DNA from: Hyalangium minutum
GTDB lineage: Bacteria; Myxococcota; Myxococcia; Myxococcales; Myxococcaceae
Assembly: GCF_000737315.1 (NCBI RefSeq)
Contig: NZ_JMCB01000020.1
Coordinates: 1 to 64,000 of the forward strand
Reading direction: 5' to 3'
DNA length: 64,000 nucleotides
The notes under the pieces are model-generated. The model did no database searches. It saw only the letters and a list, made by a program, of their open reading frames with translations, and was not told the DNA's origin. The position numbers were made by a program, and so were the translations under genes. Within the stretch, counting starts at the first letter, position 1; every line of letters begins with the position of its first letter. Of the stretch, positions 37,118-50,426 are shown in pieces.

Positions 37118-38478
37118 TGCGCTCCACGACTGCTTCCGTGATTGCCGCGCTCCTGCTGGGGTGCGGCGGCTCCAATGTCTACAAGGAACCCGAGGGCCCC
37201 ATCCCCTTCGAGCCCACGCGTCCGGACGTGGGCTCTCCCGGGACGGTGACGCCGTACACGGGCTCGGACCCGGTGGTGCTCGAGGCGCAGATGAAGCTGC
37301 CCACGGGCGTGGACCTGCAGCGCAAGGTGATTCTGCGCACGTGCGGCCCCACCAACGGCGTGTGCCACAACCAGAAGGAGTACCCGGACCTGCACACCAC
37401 GGGCACGTTCGCGGACGCCATCAACGCGCCATGCAACCTGCAGCCGGGCACGTACGAGTCCGTGTATGACCGGTGCGAGCGGGTGGGGGACAGCTTCAAC
37501 TTCGGGGACAAGTCCTTCCCGGCCATGGAGCTGGGCTGGTACGAAGTCATCGTCGGGGCCTTCGTGGAGTACGAGGACGACGACATCCCGCCGGTGGACG
37601 CGGCGGGCCTGCACCTGCACTTCAAGGACCCGGTGCCGCTGGATCGGAGCCGGGCGACCTGGGGAACGGGCACGTTCCTGCGCAAGTTCGTCAACGCGCA
37701 GGGCCAGGTGGAGAACCTGTCCTTCGCCAACTACAACACGCGCTGGTGGGTGCTGGAGGACGGGCGCCACCTCTACGGCGAGGTGCACGACTACCAGGCC
37801 GAGGACGTGGAGGAACTGCAGAAGGTCGGCATCATCCAAGGTGACTGGAACCGGAACGGGCACTTTGGGGCGCGAGAGAACAAGGGCGTGCCGCTGCTGA
37901 ACCCGGGCAAGCCGGAGGAGAGCTACCTGGTGGCGCGCCTGCGCGGGCACATGCAGGGCGAGCCGATTCCGGGCACGCGCATGCCGCTGGCGAACCAGCC
38001 GCCGTCGGTGACGGACATGCTGGCGCTGATGTGCTGGCTGGAGGGGCTGGATTCGAACGCCACCTCGTGGAACCTGGCCTCGCCGATCAACTATGCGGGG
38101 TGCTCGTACTCGGCGAACCCGCAGGCGCTGAACCTGGTGGGCGCGGGGGTGACGTGGCGCGAGCGCGTGTGGCCCATCCTCAAGTCGAGCTGTGGCGGGT
38201 GCCACGGCGGAACCAACCCGCAGGCGGGGCTGGATCTGCTGTCGGATGGGGCGTGGACGCGGCTGCGCGGCGTGTCCACGCAGAACAGCACGCTCAAGTA
38301 CATTGATGCGGGCCGTCCGGAGAAGAGCTACCTGTGGCTGAAGCTGGCGGGTGACGGCAGCACCATCGGCAGCCGGATGCCGTTGGATCCGCTGGGGAGT
38401 GGCAGCCGGTCGTTGCCGGCGGACCAGCTGGACAGCATCCAGACGTGGATTCTCGCGGGCGCGCTCGAGGACGGGTAG
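37114..38478 (+). CDS. Diheme c-type cytochrome lipoprotein with planctomycete cytochrome C (PSCyt1)-like domains
   Basis: ATGA overlap with DUF1501 stop; lipobox LLGC; CGPTNGVCH and CGGCH; two G.PE.SYL...RMPL motifs. Confidence 0.75.
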   Translation: MMRSTTASVIAALLLGCGGSNVYKEPEGPIPFEPTRPDVGSPGTVTPYTGSDPVVLEAQMKLPTGVDLQRKVILRTCGPTNGVCHNQKEYPDLHTTGTFADAINAPCNLQPGTYESVYDRCERVGDSFNFGDKSFPAMELGWYEVIVGAFVEYEDDDIPPVDAAGLHLHFKDPVPLDRSRATWGTGTFLRKFVNAQGQVENLSFANYNTRWWVLEDGRHLYGEVHDYQAEDVEELQKVGIIQGDWNRNGHFGARENKGVPLLNPGKPEESYLVARLRGHMQGEPIPGTRMPLANQPPSVTDMLALMCWLEGLDSNATSWNLASPINYAGCSYSANPQALNLVGAGVTWRERVWPILKSSCGGCHGGTNPQAGLDLLSDGAWTRLRGVSTQNSTLKYIDAGRPEKSYLWLKLAGDGSTIGSRMPLDPLGSGSRSLPADQLDSIQTWILAGALEDG

Positions 38479-38723
38479 TGCTCAGACCTCCAGGTCCCGG
38501 CAGCGCAGCGTTAGGGTTGGGCACTGGAGCGTGTAGAAGCAGCACAGCCGGGGATCGGTGACCGGGAAGAGCCGGCCACCGGTCACATCAGAATCATCCG
38601 CGCGTGGGTTTGTGACGCGGTTGCCCGCCGCCGGTCTGCTTGTTCACTTGGCTGGTGCTGGTTTGAGGCGAGAGCTGCCGGGGCCGTAGTCTCGGAGGCT
38701 GGCTCAAACGAAAGGAGTCCTTC

Positions 38724-38879
38724 ATGAAGCGGCGATCGGGACAGGCGATTGTGGCCCTGCTGGCAGGTCTCAGCACGCTGGCGAGCGGGGCTGCACGAGC
38801 TGAGCCGCCACTGACGCGAACTCCTGGGTGCATCAAGCGTGGATGGCCTGGAACGGTCGCCTGCGGAAACACTGCGTGA
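38724..38879 (+). CDS. 51-aa secreted peptide with two Cys (below the ORF-track cutoff)
   Basis: AAAGGAG RBS at 38711-38717; MKRRSGQAIVALLAGLSTLASGAARA-EPPLTRTPGCIKRGWPGTVACGNTA*. Confidence 0.55.
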   Translation: MKRRSGQAIVALLAGLSTLASGAARAEPPLTRTPGCIKRGWPGTVACGNTA

Positions 38880-38939
38880 CATGCACGAGCGGTGAATCCG
38901 TGACGGGGAAAGCGTTGATGTTCCACACGCTGCCGTTCA

Positions 38940-39341
38940 GTGCTCGCCTGGGGCCTTTCTGTGGGTGACCCCTCGTGGGAGCAGGAGGCGGTCCGGGTCT
39001 CTGAAGCTCTCAACCTCTTGGTTGTACTGGCCGCGCCCATTCTCTACGCACGTTGGCGCACCCAAGCACCGCCTGCGGAGCTTCGCTTGGTCCTCGAGGC
39101 GCGTATGGCGGCTCTCGCGGCCTTTTGCGCAAGTGCGCGAGGGAGCCCGGATGCGGAGCGTTTCCACAGGGCGGCTCCTCAACTGCGGGCGTTCTCCGAG
39201 GCAGTAGCTCGAGAACCTCCTGAGAGCCTCCCGGAATCGGGGTGGGTCATCCAGGCCCGGGAGTGCCTCGCGACTTTGGGCCTCGAGACTCCTCCCGGCG
39301 GCTGGGAATCCTTTAGAGGATGGTCTGCTGGCGGTGAGTGA
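38940..39341 (+). CDS. Hypothetical protein (start uncertain)
   Basis: Plausible helical protein filling an otherwise empty gap; stop converges on the next gene. Confidence 0.5.
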   Translation: MLAWGLSVGDPSWEQEAVRVSEALNLLVVLAAPILYARWRTQAPPAELRLVLEARMAALAAFCASARGSPDAERFHRAAPQLRAFSEAVAREPPESLPESGWVIQARECLATLGLETPPGGWESFRGWSAGGE

Positions 39342-39394
39342 CTCGGCCTCTCTGGCCCGATGCGCAACTGGTCTGCTTGTCGGACAGGTTCGCT

Positions 39395-39814
39395 TCAGGC
39401 GCCCTCGATGCTGAGCTCCCAGGCCGGCTCTGCGCTGACCGGCTCTTCTCGTACCGGCCGGCGCTGAACCTGAGGCACGCCACCCATCCAGTCCCATTTC
39501 TCGCCGTCCCAGACCTGCTCGTGCCAGCCGAGGCGTGCCGCGGCCTCGCGGGCCTTGGCTGCGTGGACCGGGAGCGCCCAGCCCACCCGTGACTGCTTGC
39601 ACTCGCCGCTCTTGAACTTCAGCAGGCGGCGCTGCCCGCGAGCTTCCTCGCGGTCGGCCTCCCAGAGCGGCTCCTGCGAGCGTCCCTCGCCCTGGTAGTC
39701 CACGTTGTTCCGTTCACACCAGCCGAACACGTCTTTCGCCCGGATCAGCTTCGAGCTGCCCTTGGAGAGTTCCGTCACGGCGGCCACAAGGAGAGTGGAG
39801 GTCACGACTCGCAT
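39395..39814 (-). CDS. Hypothetical protein
   Basis: ATG start, good codon bias, Trp-rich globular sequence. Confidence 0.7.
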   Translation of the reverse strand: MRVVTSTLLVAAVTELSKGSSKLIRAKDVFGWCERNNVDYQGEGRSQEPLWEADREEARGQRRLLKFKSGECKQSRVGWALPVHAAKAREAAARLGWHEQVWDGEKWDWMGGVPQVQRRPVREEPVSAEPAWELSIEGA

Positions 39815-39949
39815 GGAAAAACCTCAAGTACGAGTGCCGAGCTTCTCCACTTACAGGACCCGAGGATGCGCATGGCCATGGGCGCTCCATCTCTTTGTCA
39901 TGGTTTCGTCATGGCTGTCAGGAAACGGAGAGCGCCCCCCAAAACGGCA

Positions 39950-39982
39950 CGAGCGTGGGAGCCACTCGGGCGCCCACGCTCG
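39950..39982 (-). terminator. Hairpin downstream of the spondin gene, possible terminator
   Basis: CGAGCGTGGG / CCCACGCTCG 10-bp stem; the U-run on the - strand is displaced by 5 nt. Confidence 0.4.
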
Positions 39983-40002
39983 CTTGCTCGGGATCTCCGC
40001 GC

Positions 40003-41382
40003 TTAGCGGCTGATGGTCAGCTTCAGGTGCTGGGTGACCGGGATGCCGTAGACCGACGAGCCCACCTCACGGACGTTCATGTCGGTGTCGGCCATGCCCA
40101 TGTTCGCGCCCGACTGCTGCGGGCCCGTGTTGGGGCCGATGCCCAGTTCCTCGGACAGCTCGGTGCCCGCGTCATACAGGCGCAGCGCGGAGCTGAAGTC
40201 CCCCATCACCGGCTGCTCCATGGCGTCGAACAGGGCGATGCCTTCCGAGCTCGTGCCGAAGAACCAGTCGTTGGACATGCCGTACATCGTCACGAAGGAG
40301 AGCTTGTCACCGGGGCGCGCGCTCACCTCGAAGGTGTAGGCCGAGCCGGGACGCAGCGGGCCAGGGCTGCTGGCGCCCTCGGGGGTGTTGAACACGCCCA
40401 GCATGTCCTGCGCGGAGACGTGGCCCTTCATGGACTCATAGAGCGAGGTGACGTTGCCCTCCTCGGCGATCCGCTCCAGGCCCATGCCGCTGTCCGGCTT
40501 GCCCACCGAGAACAGCGTGTGCCCGGATGCGGTGACCAGGAAGAGGCCCGGAGACACGGGCGTTGCCGTGCCGGTGGTGCTGGCCAGCTCGGCCGCCAGC
40601 CCCGTCACCTGGCCCATCTCGGCGATGGCCTCGAGGCCCAGGCCGCGATCCTTCTGGCCTTCGGTGAAGAGGGGCTCGCCGCCCGCGGTGAGCGTCCACA
40701 CGCCCGGAGAGACGCGCACGGGCTTGGGGCCCTGCGACGTCTGCAGCGTGGACTTGTCATCGGCGACGTTCTCGATGCGCACGGTGAACTGGCGGGTGGC
40801 CGCGTTCGGGGTGACGGTGACGCGGATCATCGCGGCCACCGCGGGCACGTCGAACATCGTCCCGTTGCTCAGCGTGGTGGGCGAGGTGACGCGGCGCACC
40901 GTGGCGTTGGCATCCGCGGCGCCCGGGCCGTCCAGCGAGGAGCCCTGGTTGGGGCCGGTGTGCGCGCCCACGGCGGGCTCCTCGTCCACCTCGGTGCCCG
41001 CGTCATAGAGGTACACGCGCGCGGTGACGTCGCCGGAGATGGGGTTGCCGTTCTCGTAGAGCTCGAGGCCGCCAGCGGCCGGGGCGAAGAACCAGTCATT
41101 GGACTGGCCGAGCATGGACGCGAAGGCCAGCTTCTGGCCCTTACCGGCGGTGAAGGAGAACTCGTAGGCCTCACCCGGAGCCAGGGGGCCGGGCGCGGTG
41201 CCGCCCACGCGGGTGTTGTAGACGCCGGACTTCAGCTGGGTGAAGGGAACCACGTTCTCGAGCCGCACCTTGAAGGTGGTGGGCTCCACGGGCTGCTGGG
41301 GCTCGTCCTCGCCGCCGCAGGCGGAGGCAAGGAGGGCGGAGGCAAGAAGGGTGGATACACGTCCAGCGTGCGACTTGATCAT
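40003..41382 (-). CDS. Spondin_N-domain lipoprotein
   Basis: Lipobox LASAC; two SNDWFF...YDAGTE motif sets. Confidence 0.85.
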   Translation of the reverse strand: MIKSHAGRVSTLLASALLASACGGEDEPQQPVEPTTFKVRLENVVPFTQLKSGVYNTRVGGTAPGPLAPGEAYEFSFTAGKGQKLAFASMLGQSNDWFFAPAAGGLELYENGNPISGDVTARVYLYDAGTEVDEEPAVGAHTGPNQGSSLDGPGAADANATVRRVTSPTTLSNGTMFDVPAVAAMIRVTVTPNAATRQFTVRIENVADDKSTLQTSQGPKPVRVSPGVWTLTAGGEPLFTEGQKDRGLGLEAIAEMGQVTGLAAELASTTGTATPVSPGLFLVTASGHTLFSVGKPDSGMGLERIAEEGNVTSLYESMKGHVSAQDMLGVFNTPEGASSPGPLRPGSAYTFEVSARPGDKLSFVTMYGMSNDWFFGTSSEGIALFDAMEQPVMGDFSSALRLYDAGTELSEELGIGPNTGPQQSGANMGMADTDMNVREVGSSVYGIPVTQHLKLTISR

Positions 41383-41474
41383 GACACAGCTCCGATGTGC
41401 GGGGAGAGAGGGAGTGCCGCCGGCGCGGCGGCCACTCGCCGTTCTGTACGCAGGAGCCAAAAGGCGGTTACGCA

Positions 41475-41498
41475 CCCCTCCCAAAAAAACGGGAGGGG
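41475..41498 (-). terminator. Probable terminator of the kinase-TPR-DUF4215 operon
   Basis: CCCCTCCC / GGGAGGGG stem 27 bp after the DUF4215 stop, with flanking partial pairing. Confidence 0.5.
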
Positions 41499-41524
41499 GC
41501 GTTACACCTCGGGAGACAGGGGCA

Positions 41525-44326
41525 CTACTGGCAGGTGTTCGTCGTGGTGCTGCACGTGCCGGAGGAGCAGTCGTCGTTTTGCGCGCACCCGGTGCCCGCG
41601 GCGCAGTCCAAGCCACCACCGCCGGACATGCCGCTGACCGTCAGACGGGAGCTGGAGGCATTGGTCAGGATGTTCTGGTTGCCGCGAGCGCCTGGGAGAT
41701 CATTGGTGAGGTCCACGTTGGCGCCCGAGACCACGGCGGTGATGCGCAGTTCCGTGGTCACGGCGTTGATGGCGGCGGCGGTCGCCACCGCATAGCTGTT
41801 GTTCGAGTTGGCTGCCGAGACATTGATGGGTTTGTTGGCGCCCGTGACGCTCCCATCCCGGTCGAACTCGAAGACCAGCGCGGGATTGACGCCGTCCGAA
41901 ATCGTGAACGTGTTGCCCGAGATCTGGGTGTAGTTGACCATGGTGACGCGCCCGGTGGCGGCGGTGAGCCGGTTCTGGGTACACGTGGCGTTGCAGGTGC
42001 CGCAGGCGTTGTTGTTGCCGTCGTCACACGTCTCGGTGCCATTGAGGACGCGGTCACCGCAGTAGGGCCCGTTGAGGTTGAGCACGGTGGTGCAGGCGGC
42101 GTTGCACCGGGCGCACGTGGGCGTGCCGTAGGGGCAGGAGGTCTCCGTAATGGTGTTGCCGTCGTCGCACGTCTCGGGGCCATTCACCGTGCCGTCGCCG
42201 CAGCGGGGGCCCGAGAGGTTGAGCGTGGTGGAGCACGAGGCATCGCACTGGGTGCACGAGGCCGTGCCGTAGGGGCAGGAGCTCTCGGTGGTGTTGTTAC
42301 CGTCGTCGCACGTCTCGGTGCCGTTCTGAGTGCCGTCGCCGCAGTAGGCGCCAGTGAGCGAGATGGTGGCAGAGCACGTAGCGTTGCACCGCGTGCACGT
42401 CGGGCTGCCATAGGGGCACGAGGTCTCCGTGGTGGCATTGCCGTCGTCACACACTTCAGGGCCGTTCACCGTCCCGTCGCCGCAGCGGGGGCCGGTGAGG
42501 TTGAGCGTGGTGGAGCACGAGGCATCGCACTGGGTGCACGAGGCCGTGCCGTAGGGGCAGGAGCTCTCGGTGGTGTTGTTGCCGTCGTCGCACGTCTCCG
42601 GGCCATTCCGGGTGCCGTCGCCGCAGTAGGCGCCGGTGAGGGTCAGCGTGGCCGCGCAGGAGGCGTTGCACAGGGTGCAGTTGCGCGTGCCATAGGCACA
42701 CGCTGTCTCGGTGGTGTTGTTGCCGTCGTCGCACGTCTCCGGACCGTTGACGGCGTTGTCGCCGCAGTAGGCGCCGGTCAGCGTCAGCGGCGTGGAGCAC
42801 GAAGCATCGCACTTCGTGCAGTTGCGCGTGCCGTAGTCACAGGCCGTCTCGGTGGCGTTGTTGCCGTCGTCGCACGCTTCGGGGCCGTTCCGGGTGCCGT
42901 CGCCGCAGTAGGCGCCGGTGAGAGGCAGCGTGGCCGCGCAGGAGGCATTGCACAGGGTGCAGGTGCGTGTGCCATAGGCGCACGCCGTCTCCGTGGTGTT
43001 GTTGCCGTCGTCGCACGCCTCGGGGCCATTGGTGATGTTGTCGCCGCAGTAGGGGCCATTGAGGTTGAGCGGCGTGAGGCAGTCCGCGGTGCACTTCGTG
43101 CAGTTGCGCGTGCCGTAGTCGCAGGCGTTCTCGGTGGTGTTGTTGCCGTCGTCACAGGCCTCGGGACCGTTGGTGATGGTGTCGCCGCAGAAGGGGCCCG
43201 TGAGGGGCAGCGCGGCCGAGCAATCCGCGTTGCACTGGGTGCAGGTGCGCGTGCCGTAGGAGCAGGTGGTCTCCGAGGTGGTGTTGCCGTCGTCGCACGC
43301 CTCCACCGCCGGTCCCTGCCGATCCTGGAAGCCGTCGCCGCAGCGGTTCAGCCTGCACGTGGTGAGGCAGTCGTCGTCGTTGCTGGAGTTGGCGTCGTCG
43401 CACGCCTCCCCGGCCACCGTGTTGCGCTTGCCGTCGCCGCAGTTGGAGAGGGTGCAGTCGCTGTTGCAGGTGACGGTGCTGGCGCCCACGCTGGGCACCT
43501 CGCACTCCTCGCCCGCGGCCGGGTTGACGATGCTGTCGCCGCACACGGGCAGCGTGCAGTCCAGGTCGCACGGCGTCGAGGTGTCTCCGTAGTCGCACTC
43601 CTCGACGCGGGGCTCCTCGGTGTCCTTGAAGCCGTCACCGCACCGGGCCAGCAGGCACTGGTTGTTGATGGACACGCAGTTGTCCGTGTTGACGGTGTTG
43701 CCGTCGTCGCACTCTTCATCCGGGTCGCGCGTGTTGTTGCCGCAACCCTCGCCGGACTTGCAGTCGGAGCTGCAGCCGTCGCCGCTCAGGGTGTTGCCGT
43801 CGTCGCACACCTCGCCCGTGATGGTGTCCTCCACCCCGTTGCCGCACGTCTCATTCGAGCGGCAGTTGGCGCTGCAGCCGTCTCCGGACTGGATGTTCTT
43901 GTCATCGCAGACCTCGCCCACGGCGGTGTCCACGGTGCCATTGCCACACAGCTCCGTCGACTTGCAGTTGCTGCTGCAGCCGTCCTTGTCCCGGGTGTTC
44001 CCGTCGTCGCAGACCTCGCCCACGGCCAGGTCCACCTTGTCGTTGCCGCAGCGCTCGTCCGAGGAGCAGTCCTTGCTACAGCCATCCCCGTCCACGATGT
44101 TGCCGTCGTCACAGACTTCGCCCGAGTCGACGACGCCGTTGCCGCAGGCCGTCTGGATGCAGATCGGCTGGTTGGCGGCGCATGTCTGGCCTTCGGGGCA
44201 CACGAGCCCGTTGGGGCAGAGGACGCTTGCGGGCTCGAAACAGGAGGCCAGCGGAAGGGCCAGGAGCACCAGCGCCAGCAGGCCCCTTGGGCCGCTGCCG
44301 GCAGGTGCGGGGGTAACGCGGTTCAT
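41525..44326 (-). CDS. Myxococcus Cys-rich (DUF4215) repeat surface lipoprotein
   Basis: Lipobox LASC; many CG.G....GE.CDDGN units; nine 47-aa tandem repeats; distinct C-terminal domain. Confidence 0.9.
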   Translation of the reverse strand: MNRVTPAPAGSGPRGLLALVLLALPLASCFEPASVLCPNGLVCPEGQTCAANQPICIQTACGNGVVDSGEVCDDGNIVDGDGCSKDCSSDERCGNDKVDLAVGEVCDDGNTRDKDGCSSNCKSTELCGNGTVDTAVGEVCDDKNIQSGDGCSANCRSNETCGNGVEDTITGEVCDDGNTLSGDGCSSDCKSGEGCGNNTRDPDEECDDGNTVNTDNCVSINNQCLLARCGDGFKDTEEPRVEECDYGDTSTPCDLDCTLPVCGDSIVNPAAGEECEVPSVGASTVTCNSDCTLSNCGDGKRNTVAGEACDDANSSNDDDCLTTCRLNRCGDGFQDRQGPAVEACDDGNTTSETTCSYGTRTCTQCNADCSAALPLTGPFCGDTITNGPEACDDGNNTTENACDYGTRNCTKCTADCLTPLNLNGPYCGDNITNGPEACDDGNNTTETACAYGTRTCTLCNASCAATLPLTGAYCGDGTRNGPEACDDGNNATETACDYGTRNCTKCDASCSTPLTLTGAYCGDNAVNGPETCDDGNNTTETACAYGTRNCTLCNASCAATLTLTGAYCGDGTRNGPETCDDGNNTTESSCPYGTASCTQCDASCSTTLNLTGPRCGDGTVNGPEVCDDGNATTETSCPYGSPTCTRCNATCSATISLTGAYCGDGTQNGTETCDDGNNTTESSCPYGTASCTQCDASCSTTLNLSGPRCGDGTVNGPETCDDGNTITETSCPYGTPTCARCNAACTTVLNLNGPYCGDRVLNGTETCDDGNNNACGTCNATCTQNRLTAATGRVTMVNYTQISGNTFTISDGVNPALVFEFDRDGSVTGANKPINVSAANSNNSYAVATAAAINAVTTELRITAVVSGANVDLTNDLPGARGNQNILTNASSSRLTVSGMSGGGGLDCAAGTGCAQNDDCSSGTCSTTTNTCQ
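42029..43297 (-). repeat. Nine tandem 141-bp (47-aa, six-Cys) coding repeats with a 282-bp higher-order period
   Basis: Units 2/4, 3/5, 6/8 and 7/9 are near-identical; e.g. GCAGCGGGGGCC recurs at 42200 and 42482. Confidence 0.9.
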
Positions 44327-44334
44327 AAACACCT

Positions 44335-45351
44335 CTAGAAACGGAAGGTCGCCAGGAGGCCGCCCTCGCGGCCACTGACCACGGGCGTGATGCTCACGCC
44401 CTGCGGGCTATCGGCTTCATCCACGCTGATGCGGTAGGCCTGCGGACGGTTGATGTAGAGGAGGATGGCGCCCGTGACGACAGCGGCTCCGCCGACGGCG
44501 TAGGCGCCGAATGCCAGTTGCTGCTGGCTGTCCCCACGAGTGCGCATGTCCGTGACATCCGGAGTGGGCACACAGCCTCCGCACTCGGCGATGCGGGTGT
44601 CGAAGTCCTCGTAGCTCCCCTTGGCTTGCATGTGGAGCGCGCCGCCGGCCAGCGCGACGGCGGCACCGGCGCCCACCACGGCCCAGGGTCTCCAGGCCGC
44701 CCAGCGCCGCTGGTACCGGGTGAGGTCCTCGGCGGTGTACAGCTTGAGGGCCAGGGTGGTCTTCTCACCGGCAGGCAGCGTACGGCTCAGGTTGGTGGGG
44801 GCCTGGCCCTCCTTGGCGGCGACGAAGGTGTGCGCGCCGGGGCGCACCAGCCCCTCGTAGCGGCCCGGGGCCGTGAAGAGGACCTTGCCATCCAGCGACA
44901 CGGTGGCGCCGGTCTCCTCGCAGGTGATTTCCACTTGGGCCAGCTGCTTCTCCACCAGCGCCTTGTAGGTGCGGGCGTGCTCCATCTTCTCGGTGTCCAG
45001 CGGTGCCACGCCGTACTTCAGGGCGGCCACCAGGTGCTCGTGCACCTCGAGCGGCTGGTCGAGGTTCAGCAGCGCCAGCGCCAAGTTGTAGTGAATGGCC
45101 GGGTGGTCCCACAGAGCGAGCGCCTCGCGGTATTTCTCCGCGGCCTTCACGAAGACGGACTCCTTCAGCAGGGTATTGCCGGCCCGGAACAGCTCGAGCG
45201 CCTTCTTCTGCTGGTCCGGGGGAACGCCACGCGCCCACGGGCGCTCGTCGCCAGAGCTGGCCTGCTGCGCGGACGCGGGTCGCGCGCCCAGCATCACGAG
45301 CGCCAGCACCGCGGCCAGAGGGACTGCCATGCTGCTCTTCACCTTCTTCAC
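44335..45351 (-). CDS. TPR plus PEGA domain protein (myxobacterial envelope type)
   Basis: Signal peptide; TPR helices [24 protein letters not shown]; [12 protein letters not shown]; hydrophobic C-terminus ending LLATFRF. Confidence 0.85.
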   Translation of the reverse strand: MKKVKSSMAVPLAAVLALVMLGARPASAQQASSGDERPWARGVPPDQQKKALELFRAGNTLLKESVFVKAAEKYREALALWDHPAIHYNLALALLNLDQPLEVHEHLVAALKYGVAPLDTEKMEHARTYKALVEKQLAQVEITCEETGATVSLDGKVLFTAPGRYEGLVRPGAHTFVAAKEGQAPTNLSRTLPAGEKTTLALKLYTAEDLTRYQRRWAAWRPWAVVGAGAAVALAGGALHMQAKGSYEDFDTRIAECGGCVPTPDVTDMRTRGDSQQQLAFGAYAVGGAAVVTGAILLYINRPQAYRISVDEADSPQGVSITPVVSGREGGLLATFRF

Positions 45352-45358
45352 AAAGCCC

Positions 45359-48400
<3,042 letters not shown>

Positions 48401-48594
48401 CGCTGGTGACTTCCCTTCGGAGGCGGTGACGCACAAGGCCAAGGCCCGGCCGCATTCGCCGGACCCGGCCCGAGGACAGGCCAGCGCCACATGGACCTAC
48501 AACGAGGGCATTTTCGTTCAGCAGCGGTCAGATCCACAAGTATGCGGCCATGGCCCGGGGTAGGCCAGTCTGCTCGCTCTGCTTGCGCCCGGAC

Positions 48595-50289
48595 TCACTG
48601 GCTCTCGAAGACGAGCACGCGGTTGTTGTCGGTATCCGTCACCACCACATGGGGTGCAGCCAGGGACACGCCGCGGGGCTGGTAGAGGCTGCGGCCGCTG
48701 GGGCGCGTTCCGGAGGAGGGATCTCCGCGGTTACGGGAGATGAAGTCCGGCTGCCCGAGCACGGTGTTGGCGGGCTGGCCGTTCGCCGTGGGCCACGCAT
48801 TCCACAGCAGGACGCGGGAGTTCTCGGTGTCGGCCACGAAGAGCTGCTGGCCGGTGGCGCTGAGGCCGGTGGGAGAGTTCATGCGCGAGCTCGTCGTGGC
48901 TGCGGTACGGGAGGTGAAGTCCGGCTGCCCGATGACGAGGTCCGCGGGCTGGCCATTCGTGGTGGGGAATTGGTTCCAGATGAGGACGCGGTTGTTGGAG
49001 CTGTCGGAGACGGCGAGGCGGGTGCCATCGGTCCAGACGCCCTCCGGGAAGAAGAGGGTAGAGGCGGTGGCGGTGCCGTCCGGGGTGCCGTCGCCGTTGG
49101 GGTCATTGCCGGCGCACGACGTAAAAGAGGTCTGCCCGAGCACGAGGTTCGCGGGGGCTCCGTTGATGGTGGGCACGGTATTCCAGATGAGGACACGGTG
49201 CTGGAAGGTATCCGCCACCACCACCTTGCCCTGGGCGAGGGACACAGCCCCCGGCGCCTGGAGTCCGCTCGCGGTGCATGCGCCATTGGCGGTGTCGAAG
49301 CCCTCCTGTCCGAGGACGAGGTCCGGCAGCGGCGCGGTGCCGGTGGGCAGCGCTTGGTGGAGCAGGATGCGGTTGTTGGAGGCATCCGCGACGGCCAGGC
49401 GGGTTCCATCGCTGGAGAGGCCATAAGGACCGGAGAGCCCACCGCGCGCGGTCGAGGCAGTGGCGCTCGTCAGGTCCGGCTGGCCGAGGACGAAGCTGGC
49501 GCTGGCCCCGTTTTCCGAAGGCAGGCCGTCGAAGCCGAGGATGCGGTTGGAGCCGACATCCGAGACATAGAGCTTGCCGCCCTGGAACACGGCGTTGCCC
49601 GCGGGGCCGTCCATCGTGGTGGCGCTGGGGGTGAACTCTCCTTGGTTAGTAGCGCCGAGGGTGAAGTCGCTCTGCCCGAGGACGCGGATGGCGGACGCGA
49701 AGGTGTCGAATCTGAACTCCGGCGAGCACTGCACGGCGAGGGCGGTGACATCCCCGGACACCGTGCCGTTGCCGTTGGTGAGGGTGCAGCGGTGGCCCTT
49801 GGGCTGGGCCACGAGGCTCACCGCGTAGATGTGGCCCGAGGTGAACTGGGCCTTGAATGTGAAGGGACCGCTTCCGTTGACGGTGAGCGTCTCACCGCCT
49901 TCGAGGCGCAGCTGGAGCGAGCCATTGAGGCCCGTCACCGTTCCTCCGAGCGAGTGCGTGTTCTGTACGCAGGTGACCTGGACGTTGGTGACGTCCGCGC
50001 CGTTGACCTGGCCAGAGGCGTTCTGGAGGGTGCACTCCTGGTCGTCGGGCGGAGTGGTGAGCGCCACCGTGTAGGAGCTCTGGTTCTCGAACTCGGTCTG
50101 GAAGGTGAAGGCGCCATTGGCGCTTCGGGTGAGGCGCTCCGAGCCATTGAGCTGGAGCGTGAGCGATGCCGTCAGTCCGGTGATCGTTCCTCCCACATGG
50201 AACTTCGGGGCGGGCGAAGGCGGATCGTCATCGCCACATGCACCGAGGAGTACAGCCATCCCCACGAGGCCAAGCCATTTGCGGTCCAT
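48595..50289 (-). CDS. NHL-repeat lipoprotein with two N-terminal Ig-like repeats
   Basis: Lipobox LLGAC; duplicated VGGTITGL/LGGTVTGL units; repeated D..NNRVL.W...VLGQ.DF. Confidence 0.85.
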   Translation of the reverse strand: MDRKWLGLVGMAVLLGACGDDDPPSPAPKFHVGGTITGLTASLTLQLNGSERLTRSANGAFTFQTEFENQSSYTVALTTPPDDQECTLQNASGQVNGADVTNVQVTCVQNTHSLGGTVTGLNGSLQLRLEGGETLTVNGSGPFTFKAQFTSGHIYAVSLVAQPKGHRCTLTNGNGTVSGDVTALAVQCSPEFRFDTFASAIRVLGQSDFTLGATNQGEFTPSATTMDGPAGNAVFQGGKLYVSDVGSNRILGFDGLPSENGASASFVLGQPDLTSATASTARGGLSGPYGLSSDGTRLAVADASNNRILLHQALPTGTAPLPDLVLGQEGFDTANGACTASGLQAPGAVSLAQGKVVVADTFQHRVLIWNTVPTINGAPANLVLGQTSFTSCAGNDPNGDGTPDGTATASTLFFPEGVWTDGTRLAVSDSSNNRVLIWNQFPTTNGQPADLVIGQPDFTSRTAATTSSRMNSPTGLSATGQQLFVADTENSRVLLWNAWPTANGQPANTVLGQPDFISRNRGDPSSGTRPSGRSLYQPRGVSLAAPHVVVTDTDNNRVLVFESQ

Positions 50290-50426
50290 CGGGTGACGAT
50301 GCCACGCGACGCGGGAGAGGGAAAGTCAACGGCTGGACTCCGTAGCCCCTCGTACTGTGCGTGTCAGCACAGAGGGGCCAGTTGGCGGGGTAGGCAGACT
50401 CCCTCCTGAGTGTCCTCGGATCCAGC

